Shown: positions 57,151 to 64,000 of the stretch, piece after piece | How positions within the stretch are numbered: the first letter of the stretch is position 1 | Layout of the letters: the number at the start of each line of letters is the position of its first letter | Virus record (IMG/VR): IMGVR_UViG_2597490325_000001 | Span: 96,001 to 160,000 of that record | DNA from: a virus | Lineage: Duplodnaviria > Caudoviricetes | Reading direction: 5' to 3' (one strand) | DNA: 64,000 nt | The notes under the pieces: model-generated | The model's input: the letters and a program-made list of their open reading frames with translations, nothing else | What the model was told of the DNA's origin: nothing | Databases searched by the model: none | Translations under genes and position numbers: made by a program

Positions 57151-57157
57151 TACCATG

Positions 57158-57187
57158 TATTCATACCCCTTAATCGGGGTATGAGTA
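57158..57187 (+). terminator. Intergenic hairpin (family-related)
   Basis: TATTCATACCCC-TTAATC-GGGGTATGAGTA. Confidence 0.7.
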
Positions 57188-57273
57188 TTTGATTATTTTT
57201 GTATGTTCCGATAAAACTCATTACTGTAAAATACAATTATTTAGTAATGAATAAAAATAAGTAGGAAAGAGTA

Positions 57274-57555
57274 ATGTTTTCTATTGATGGTGAGGATTTT
57301 AAAGAATTTGAATTATGGTGTACGGAAAACTTTAAAGATAAGTTTACTATATCCATAGATTTAGATTCATTTAAGCTGTTATCCCATCGATTCTATAATC
57401 TCAATGGAATTTTATCTAACTATAACAAGTATGATATTTTCATTGTTTATCGCTTTTTCTCAATGGTTAAAGAATCAACAATAAGTCTTTATATCTTAAC
57501 TCATATTAAGAATAAGTATAAAGAAACCCTAGAATCTTTCAAGGAGTTTAAATGA
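57274..57555 (+). CDS. Hypothetical protein
   Basis: 93 aa, ATGA overlap with RNase H. Confidence 0.6.
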   Translation: MFSIDGEDFKEFELWCTENFKDKFTISIDLDSFKLLSHRFYNLNGILSNYNKYDIFIVYRFFSMVKESTISLYILTHIKNKYKETLESFKEFK

Positions 57556-58241
57556 GTAAGTCATCATATCGTCTGGAAATTTATAGTGATGGTGGAGCTA
57601 ATCAGAAACACGCTAAATATCCAGATATTGGTGGTACAGGTACTGCTCTCAGACTGGTGAATAACTATACTAAAGAGTACACTAACCTGATAGCGATGCA
57701 GTTCACTACTCATCCTACCACTAACAATCAAATGGAGCTATTTGCTGCCATTATGGGGCTACAGATCGCTAATGAATTACTCGATACTGAAGAGTATGAA
57801 ATTACCGATATCTTCTGGGCTACTGATAGTCAATATACTTTAAAAGGTATTACGGACTGGATTAAAAACTGGAAGAAGAATAAATGGCGTACTTCTGATA
57901 GAAAACCTGTTAAAAATAAACCTTTATGGGTTTATTTTGATAAACTTTATACAGGTATTACTACTGAACAGCGTCAGAAAATTGTTCATAAATGGGTTAA
58001 AGGTCATAATGGTCATGAAATGAATGAATTTTGTGATAAATTGGCCAACTTAGCCTATATTAATGAACGTTGGGAAGGTAAAGCAGATCTTAAGTCAGTA
58101 CAAAGGATTGCAGAACGTTTTAATTTTACGAATCCAGTATTAGGATTCATGACGCTAAATTTAAGGGATTTCCCTACAGCGTTTAATACTGCAGAATCTA
58201 TGGAAGATTTTGTACAATCATTAGTTGAACAAGTAGCTTAA
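57552..58241 (+). CDS. rnhA: Ribonuclease HI
   Basis: IYSDGG, TTNNQMEL, TDSQY..KGIT.W..NWK...W, VKNK.LW, WVKGH.G...NE..D.LA. Confidence 0.93.
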   Translation: MSKSSYRLEIYSDGGANQKHAKYPDIGGTGTALRLVNNYTKEYTNLIAMQFTTHPTTNNQMELFAAIMGLQIANELLDTEEYEITDIFWATDSQYTLKGITDWIKNWKKNKWRTSDRKPVKNKPLWVYFDKLYTGITTEQRQKIVHKWVKGHNGHEMNEFCDKLANLAYINERWEGKADLKSVQRIAERFNFTNPVLGFMTLNLRDFPTAFNTAESMEDFVQSLVEQVA

Positions 58242-58248
58242 ATAACAT

Positions 58249-58276
58249 CCTATATCCTTCTTTTGAGGGATATAGG
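58249..58276 (+). terminator. Conserved intergenic hairpin (family copy)
   Basis: CCTATATCCTTC-TTTT-GAGGGATATAGG. Confidence 0.8.
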
Positions 58277-58314
58277 GTTTATACTACTTATATTAATTTT
58301 AAGAGGTAATTAGT

Positions 58315-58635
58315 ATGGCATCTTTTGTAACTCAACCTTTCCATATTGCAACTCCCGGTAATGAGATTGCTGAGGAAATTCGTGATAACCTTGATGAAAA
58401 CTTCCGTGGTACTCCCTCCTTCCAAACAGATGCTGATTTATCTGGTCTGAATAAACAGGAAATTGAAACCATTGAGCAATGTCTCACTGAGCAATTACAA
58501 ACTGAAATTGATAATCATTTCGGTAAGGGTGTGCGTAATCATGAAATGGTTATCCACATTTATCCTGAAAGTAATACTGTTGAGGTAGAGGTTAATGATT
58601 TCTCTACCCCCTTTGATAACTACGACGAGTTTTAA
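58315..58635 (+). CDS. Small acidic hypothetical protein
   Basis: 106 aa, GAGGT RBS, bracketed by two family hairpins. Confidence 0.7.
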   Translation: MASFVTQPFHIATPGNEIAEEIRDNLDENFRGTPSFQTDADLSGLNKQEIETIEQCLTEQLQTEIDNHFGKGVRNHEMVIHIYPESNTVEVEVNDFSTPFDNYDEF

Positions 58636-58647
58636 TTTTTAAATAAC

Positions 58648-58675
58648 CCCATATCCTTCTAAAGAGGGATATGGG
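58648..58675 (+). terminator. Conserved intergenic hairpin (family copy)
   Basis: CCCATATCCTTC-TAAA-GAGGGATATGGG. Confidence 0.8.
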
Positions 58676-58695
58676 TTTCTAATAAGGAAAATAAA

Positions 58696-59067
58696 GTGAT
58701 TGACAATATTAAATTTTTAGCAATGAATGACACTGCTGGTTTTATTTTGATTCAATTTCTAACAGCAATATTTGCGGCTTATATCGTCTTTCAGGGCAAT
58801 ACAATACTTAAAAGTAAAGGTAAAAAAATTGACCCTAAAACACTATTTGTGATAGCAGCTTTAATTCAAATACTTTCTACATATTTTTTCGGAGCTTATA
58901 TTGGTGGGCAATCTAAAGTAATGCTAGATGATAAAAAGATCATTTGCAGTTCTATAAAAGATTCCACATTTGACCCCTCTAGTAGAAACTGTTACATACC
59001 AGTTATTGTAGACGGTAAATCTGTTAAAGCTCGCATTGAAAATTATTATCTCATGGAGAGTAAATAA
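58696..59067 (+). CDS. Two-TM membrane protein with Cys pair
   Basis: GTG start after AAGGA; KKIIC...FDP..RNCYIP. Confidence 0.7.
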   Translation: MIDNIKFLAMNDTAGFILIQFLTAIFAAYIVFQGNTILKSKGKKIDPKTLFVIAALIQILSTYFFGAYIGGQSKVMLDDKKIICSSIKDSTFDPSSRNCYIPVIVDGKSVKARIENYYLMESK

Positions 59068-59447
59068 TGTTTATTAATACTACATATCTTTTGTCACATG
59101 CACCTGGAATTTCATTCTTATGTGTAGTACTAGCTATTTTAGTACTAGGTGTAGTAGGTATTTTAATGTCCTTAATTAAGGTCAAACATCCCGTACTAGT
59201 AGTGGTAGTATTAATTTTAGTATTTGCTGGTACGTTTATCAGTTCTACTTCTTTATTTGGTAAGTTAGAGCGTATAAAAGATGATCTTCATAAAAAGATC
59301 TGTTTAGACGTTTATACTTTGTCAAATTATGATGAACCTACCAGAACTTGCTATATCAGAGCCATTTCTAAATCTGGTAAACCAATTGAAATCCCTATTA
59401 AAGAACCTTCATTCAAGGTTATTGATACAAACAAATTCATAAAATAA
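59067..59447 (+). CDS. Two-TM membrane protein with Cys pair (paralog)
   Basis: KKIC...YDE..RTCYIR. Confidence 0.7.
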   Translation: MFINTTYLLSHAPGISFLCVVLAILVLGVVGILMSLIKVKHPVLVVVVLILVFAGTFISSTSLFGKLERIKDDLHKKICLDVYTLSNYDEPTRTCYIRAISKSGKPIEIPIKEPSFKVIDTNKFIK

Positions 59448-59459
59448 AGATAAATACTC

Positions 59460-59549
59460 ATGCTAAAAGACATACTGAGAACTTTATTCAAATCCTTAGT
59501 ATGTCTTCTTATTTTAATAACCTATTGTATAGCCGTATATATGTGGTAA
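59460..59549 (+). CDS. Possible 29-aa hydrophobic micropeptide
   Basis: MLKDILRTLFKSLVCLLILITYCIAVYMW; fills gap, weak RBS. Confidence 0.35.
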   Translation: MLKDILRTLFKSLVCLLILITYCIAVYMW

Positions 59550-59553
59550 GTTT

Positions 59554-59646
59554 ATGTCTAAAGCTAATTTAGTTCTATTTACGCTATTTATAATACTTTT
59601 TTGTCTGTATTCAGTTTACTCATACACACCATTAAGAGAACTATAA
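59554..59646 (+). CDS. Possible 30-aa hydrophobic micropeptide
   Basis: MSKANLVLFTLFIILFCLYSVYSYTPLREL; stop abuts next ATG. Confidence 0.35.
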   Translation: MSKANLVLFTLFIILFCLYSVYSYTPLREL

Positions 59647-59647
59647 A

Positions 59648-60049
59648 ATGGATGATTTACAATATTATTCATCGATGGATACATTAGATTACGCAGTTAG
59701 CGGGGTATTCCCATTCCTAAAATTCTTAGGGTGTTTAATAGGGGGATTCAGTTTAGGGTGGGTAGCATTTAATAGCATTATTCCACGTATTTTCAAAAGA
59801 CCTATACAGGACAATAATACCGCAGCATTTTTAACAGTCTTCTTTACTTGGACTCTAACATATACAGTGATGAAGTATAATAGAGATACCGTAGTAGAAA
59901 TACTAGTGGGATGTTCACATATACCTAATGCTGAATTCATTAAACCATTAGAAATGTGTACGTTCCCTGTAGAAACTGAATCAGGTACAATAAAAGTCAG
60001 TGTAGATAAGAGTTATAACTTTATCCTTCCAATAGAAATGGGGAAATAG
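59648..60049 (+). CDS. Two-TM membrane protein with Cys pair (paralog)
   Basis: GCSHI...F......CTFPV...G. Confidence 0.65.
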   Translation: MDDLQYYSSMDTLDYAVSGVFPFLKFLGCLIGGFSLGWVAFNSIIPRIFKRPIQDNNTAAFLTVFFTWTLTYTVMKYNRDTVVEILVGCSHIPNAEFIKPLEMCTFPVETESGTIKVSVDKSYNFILPIEMGK

Positions 60050-60052
60050 CTA

Positions 60053-60412
60053 ATGAAAATAGAAAAAGTATGGGTAGATGACTTAAGAGACCCAAATAAC
60101 TTTGTAAGTGATAAAAGCTATCTGGATTATCTTATTTGGGTGAAGACGTATAGTGTATCTATCGACGTTATAAATACCCATGAGAGTACTATTACTACAA
60201 TTCATCTTGATAATGACTTAGGTGAAGAGAAAGAGGGTAGGCATGTATTTAATCATATAGAGGAACTACTTCATGAGGGTAAGTTAGGTTCTCTTAAGAC
60301 AATTATTATTCATAGTAGTAATTATGGAGCTGTAGACCTTATGATGTCAGCCAAAGATATCATAAAGGGGAAATACGGTATAACTCTTACTAAACGGACA
60401 TATAATATCTAA
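60053..60412 (+). CDS. Cyclic-phosphate-processing receiver-like domain protein
   Basis: WVDDLRDP, LDNDLG...G, IIHSSN motifs. Confidence 0.7.
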   Translation: MKIEKVWVDDLRDPNNFVSDKSYLDYLIWVKTYSVSIDVINTHESTITTIHLDNDLGEEKEGRHVFNHIEELLHEGKLGSLKTIIIHSSNYGAVDLMMSAKDIIKGKYGITLTKRTYNI

Positions 60413-60660
60413 TGAAAACTTGGAAGCTTCCAGGATATAGAGTAGTTAATGGGTTTCCTACTCTATTAACTGATTTTAGTAGTAAAAAGTTGCAAATGAC
60501 TCTCTATTTCACCTTATTTATGGAGTCATATGGTGAAATAAGTAGAGATCTAAATGATAATGGCGATTTACCCCTATTTATCCGTAGAAATGTTCCTCCA
60601 ATGAACTTCATAGGTATTCAACTTAGAGAATATAATGCATGGAGACCTAAAAGGTTATGA
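60412..60660 (+). CDS. Hypothetical protein
   Basis: 82 aa, TAATG coupling. Confidence 0.55.
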   Translation: MKTWKLPGYRVVNGFPTLLTDFSSKKLQMTLYFTLFMESYGEISRDLNDNGDLPLFIRRNVPPMNFIGIQLREYNAWRPKRL

Positions 60661-60926
60661 AACATATTAAACGACTACATGATATCGTATCAATAAGTAA
60701 TTATCCTAGAGACTATCATCTGTTCTTAGAAATGACTATTAGAGAAATAGCTGAGTTTACTCTTATTAGTCATTTTACAAGCAGTAAGTCATTTCCTCTT
60801 ATTAATGAAGAAACTTGTTATTGTATGGAGCTTCCAGTAGGAGTTATACGAAGTATACCATTAAGTTTTATTGATATATGGGAGAATAGAGGTGAAGATA
60901 TTCTCTTTAGAGACCGCATTAAATAG
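60657..60926 (+). CDS. Hypothetical protein
   Basis: 89 aa, ATGA coupling. Confidence 0.55.
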   Translation: MKHIKRLHDIVSISNYPRDYHLFLEMTIREIAEFTLISHFTSSKSFPLINEETCYCMELPVGVIRSIPLSFIDIWENRGEDILFRDRIK

Positions 60927-61104
60927 AAAGAAACCTATACGTGAAAGTGTGAAATTTAAAGTGATAACGGAGATATATTATATCATTAGAGAAGGAGATC
61001 CTGATTATCTTCCGTATTATTGGACTGGACACGAGCTGATACCAGATCACATATCATTTAAATTGTGGTACAGGGTAAATATGTATGAGAATAGTAAGAT
61101 TTGA
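60871..61104 (+). CDS. Hypothetical protein, start uncertain
   Basis: Fills gap in operon. Confidence 0.4.
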   Translation: MIYGRIEVKIFSLETALNRKKPIRESVKFKVITEIYYIIREGDPDYLPYYWTGHELIPDHISFKLWYRVNMYENSKI

Positions 61105-61291
61105 AATAACTCATAGTCTTTCTTCAGTGAGGCATAACCGATATAATCATATTTATTATTCATTATTATCTATAATTCAAAGAGCTAATTCAGAATTAAG
61201 TATAGATTTCAATAATACTTTGGTAGATAAGGATAAATGGATACCGCTTTCTAATCTATCATTTAAATTATACACATATAAACTAATTTGA
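61085..61291 (+). CDS. Hypothetical protein
   Basis: 68 aa. Confidence 0.45.
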   Translation: MRIVRFEITHSLSSVRHNRYNHIYYSLLSIIQRANSELSIDFNNTLVDKDKWIPLSNLSFKLYTYKLI

Positions 61292-61800
61292 GAATTAAAA
61301 TGATTATTTATCGAGTTGAATTAGGGTTTTCTCTATTAGAATATCATTCTGACGGTACATATTATGCCCATAAGAACTTAGGGCCATATACTGGTCGTTG
61401 GGTAACAAGTAAGCTATTAGGATATGAAGTTAATCTTAATGGTACTAATTTAATCAATGCGCCTGAACCAGAGAATGATAATCTACTAGGGTGTAGCCAT
61501 CGTCAATTCGGGTTCAAAGATCTACGTAGTTTAGGTAATTGGTTCCATAGCTGTTGGCGTAGTATGGAAAAATGCGGATATCATATCGGTGTATATGAGT
61601 GTCCAGATAAGTACGTTAAAGAAGGTGGTAGACAGGTAGCATTTTATTTAGATAAAGCTACCCCAATACAATCTATTTCGTTTAAGGAGTTTATTCGAGA
61701 AAGGATGTATTTTATGAAGGATTTAAGTGAAATTAAGACCGTTTCTACTGAAAAATCCTTAAAAAATGATCGAGATTTAATGTCAATTGTATTTAACTGA
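61288..61800 (+). CDS. Phage hypothetical protein
   Basis: IYRVE..GPY..FGF.....L..WF..G.RQV.F pattern; start possibly ATG 61300. Confidence 0.65.
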   Translation: MRIKMIIYRVELGFSLLEYHSDGTYYAHKNLGPYTGRWVTSKLLGYEVNLNGTNLINAPEPENDNLLGCSHRQFGFKDLRSLGNWFHSCWRSMEKCGYHIGVYECPDKYVKEGGRQVAFYLDKATPIQSISFKEFIRERMYFMKDLSEIKTVSTEKSLKNDRDLMSIVFN

Positions 61801-61818
61801 TAAAAGGTATAAAAAATA

Positions 61819-62550
61819 ATGACTACTGCTAAGAAAACTAAAAAAGAGAAAGACAATTTCCTGAATACTATTACTAAATGTGGTACCGGAGAGCGGCGTC
61901 CTTTCTTTGGTAGTATTGAATTAGCTATGTTTGAGAAACTTCATAATAAAATTATGAAGACTAAGCTCGAACTCTGTTTTGAGTATGATAAGCTTAAAAA
62001 TAAGTTTATTGCCGATATTCATGATAGCAGTCAGGAGCATCTTACTAAGCTTTTCAGGATGATCAAGGAAGCTAAACATTTAGCTTCAATCTACCAGGAA
62101 ATGTATAACCAGGATCCTAAATATTTCCATTCCTTCCAGTTCTTTAAAAATGAAGAATTGGAGGCGTGGATGAATAAACGTCTTAATGATATTAATGAAA
62201 TTAATGATAATTATCATTTTGATGAAGTTGAAGGTAAGCTTTTCGTACGTATGTCGTTATCAAATGAAAAATATAGTGTAAGTAAAGAAAATATTGTATT
62301 TTTCAATAAGCCCGTACCAGAAGGTGAAGAGAGTACCGAAACTTCTATCACATTCTCTATTGGTGAAAACTTTGAATTAACTACCACCACTAATATTGTG
62401 CGTATGGCAAATACTCTTTATCGTACGGTTTATGCGTTAAATCCACACAAGTTAGAAATGTGTGATTCTACCCCTATTGATCATGCCAAGCTTAATATTG
62501 ATTTTAAGAATCCAATTAATAATAAGCTTGTAATTGAATTAGAAAACTAA
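61819..62550 (+). CDS. Hypothetical protein
   Basis: 243 aa, AAGGT RBS. Confidence 0.7.
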   Translation: MTTAKKTKKEKDNFLNTITKCGTGERRPFFGSIELAMFEKLHNKIMKTKLELCFEYDKLKNKFIADIHDSSQEHLTKLFRMIKEAKHLASIYQEMYNQDPKYFHSFQFFKNEELEAWMNKRLNDINEINDNYHFDEVEGKLFVRMSLSNEKYSVSKENIVFFNKPVPEGEESTETSITFSIGENFELTTTTNIVRMANTLYRTVYALNPHKLEMCDSTPIDHAKLNIDFKNPINNKLVIELEN

Positions 62551-62609
62551 TCTTTCAAAAGGGAGTAATTTTACTCCCTTTATCTTATATATTAATAAGG
62601 GATAAAAAA

Positions 62610-63215
62610 GTGGAAAAGATTTGTAAAAAATTATTGTCTTACTCATTAGCAAAATCTTCTCGTAATGGTTTGTCATTTACCTATAATGGTGAAAAATTTG
62701 TATCTTCCGAAGATTGGTTATCTGAAAATCAACCAGAAGAAATGTCATATTATCGTTTCTTTGAGTATCTTCGCCGTTACATGGATTTAAATATTGATAT
62801 GTTTGAAGAACATGAGTTGTTAGTACAAAATATTACTAATAAAATCATCAAACATATCCATTTTGATGCAGATCTATATCATTATCATAAAGATCACTTG
62901 ATTTTTGCCATTCGTCATAATGTTTATCATTCATATTTAGATGCTAGTGTTACTGATAACAGAACTACTAGTATTGCATCTACAAGTGCTTTCTTTGATA
63001 AAGAAGGTATTACTATTAATGATAAGCTATTCCTGGAAAACTTTATGTTTGCCCACAATGTCAATGAACTACGTATGAATTTGGTGGTTCAAGATATTGA
63101 GAATGAACCAGTAATTATCATGACTATTAAACCGTATAATTATGGTTTGCTTAGTGATGAAGAATCAAGCATGTCAGATGAAGAATTAGAAATTCCTATG
63201 CCGCTTAAAAAGTAA
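62610..63215 (+). CDS. Hypothetical protein
   Basis: 201 aa, GTG start after AAGGGA. Confidence 0.7.
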   Translation: MEKICKKLLSYSLAKSSRNGLSFTYNGEKFVSSEDWLSENQPEEMSYYRFFEYLRRYMDLNIDMFEEHELLVQNITNKIIKHIHFDADLYHYHKDHLIFAIRHNVYHSYLDASVTDNRTTSIASTSAFFDKEGITINDKLFLENFMFAHNVNELRMNLVVQDIENEPVIIMTIKPYNYGLLSDEESSMSDEELEIPMPLKK

Positions 63216-63227
63216 AGGTGTAAAATA

Positions 63228-63497
63228 ATGAGTGAATATTCCGGTTGTTTTACTTGGTCAGATTTGGATAAGAAACATAAGCTTAAATTGATTAGTAAAA
63301 AGTTTCTTGAAAAATACCCTTATCTATCTAAAAAAGTTTGCATTGGAGACTCATTCACAATTATCAAAATGGGAGGTCAAGAAGACTTCACTTATGGTAA
63401 TTCAATGTGGGCACACATTAAACACAATCATCTAGGTATTGAAATTATGATTACTCGTGATGATTCTGATTTCTTCTATCATAAATACAGCCGATAA
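63228..63497 (+). CDS. Hypothetical protein
   Basis: 89 aa, AAGGTG RBS. Confidence 0.65.
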   Translation: MSEYSGCFTWSDLDKKHKLKLISKKFLEKYPYLSKKVCIGDSFTIIKMGGQEDFTYGNSMWAHIKHNHLGIEIMITRDDSDFFYHKYSR

Positions 63498-63510
63498 GTT
63501 GTAATAAAAC

Positions 63511-63541
63511 TCCCTATACCCTCTTTATGAAGGTATAGGGA
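63511..63541. terminator. Conserved intergenic hairpin (family copy), between convergent genes
   Basis: TCCCTATACC...GGTATAGGGA then long T-run. Confidence 0.8.
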
Positions 63542-63554
63542 ATTATTTTTTTTT

Positions 63555-63857
63555 TTATGAAAGTTGTCTTACTCTACCAAATTCAAACTCTCTTTCCTCG
63601 ATATAATCGGAAGATTCAGAGAAATAGGTAGTTAATACTTGTTCAGCAAAGCCTACTACTTGACCATCAAGTTCCATGTTATTTCTCATAGCACGAACTC
63701 TTTTAGCTGCATCTTTGAAGTCTTTACCATAGAAGTTGATACCAAATTTCTTACCATCTTCATCAAAATATTCAGCTGCAAAGAGATGCCATTCTTCATT
63801 GTCCACTACTACTGTAGTAGGATTAGCTCTAGCATTGGTAACTTTTACGTCGGTCAT
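63555..63857 (-). CDS. Hypothetical protein
   Basis: 100 aa, AAGG RBS. Confidence 0.65.
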   Translation of the reverse strand: MTDVKVTNARANPTTVVVDNEEWHLFAAEYFDEDGKKFGINFYGKDFKDAAKRVRAMRNNMELDGQVVGFAEQVLTTYFSESSDYIEEREFEFGRVRQLS

Positions 63858-63869
63858 ATTAAACCTTAC

Positions 63870-63998
63870 TTAGTTTTTTGCTAATTTAGCCTTAGCTTTA
63901 CCAAGGAACTCGTTATTGAGTTGAGTAGTGATAGTAATAATAGCCTGATTGTAATTCTTAATATCAGCTGCATCACCACTAGTATTAGCGATACGTTT
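63870..63998 (-). CDS. C-terminal end of a gene running off the window
   Basis: ...KRIANTSGDAADIKNYNQAIITITTQLNNEFLGKAKAKLAKN*. Confidence 0.55.
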   Translation of the reverse strand, partial: KRIANTSGDAADIKNYNQAIITITTQLNNEFLGKAKAKLAKN

Positions 63999-64000
63999 TA

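Noticed and set aside
2566-63541. Hairpin repeats as a CRISPR array or IS ends
   Set aside because: Dispersed single copies without regular spacers; no cas or transposase gene in the window
494-63884. Many short ORFs antisense to or nested in long genes (e.g. 494..820, 845..1213, 16326..16712, 19100..19573, 44153..44518, 54993..55253)
   Set aside because: Shadow frames of codon-biased genes; no RBS, promoter motif or plausible protein composition
1-63999. tRNA/rRNA genes
   Set aside because: No cloverleaf or T-loop signatures or rRNA-like segments seen by eye in intergenic gaps; a tRNAscan-SE run would confirm

Overview
AT-rich segment of a contractile-tailed jumbo bacteriophage. Gene content and regulatory signals most resemble the AR9/PBS1/phiR1-37 type of phage, which carry their own multisubunit RNA polymerases; this is from recall, no database search was run. 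Virion genes: tail sheath, tail tube, portal, baseplate wedge, a baseplate-hub-like protein with an M15 peptidase domain, and putative head proteins. Replication and transcription genes: a family-B DNA polymerase split over two divergent genes, three separate RNA polymerase beta/beta' fragments, an SSB-like protein, a HAD nucleotidase and RNase HI. There are also three zinc-finger endonucleases and many small accessory ORFs. Structure not shown by the ORF track: (1) two related group I introns with exact splice sites, one in the DNA polymerase and one splitting the RNAP catalytic DFDG|D motif with its endonuclease inside the P1 loop; (2) two promoter classes, ATATAT(T/A)AT-N6-G before early-type genes and AACA-N6-TAG before late-type genes, the latter matching the uracil-dependent AR9 late promoter and so predicting dU-containing DNA; (3) about 19 sequence-related intergenic hairpins; (4) a bacterial-type three-gene coiled-coil/membrane module (TelA-like + DUF6384-like + coiled-coil) of unknown function; (5) a one-base frameshift in a putative head gene and several unannotated micro-ORFs.
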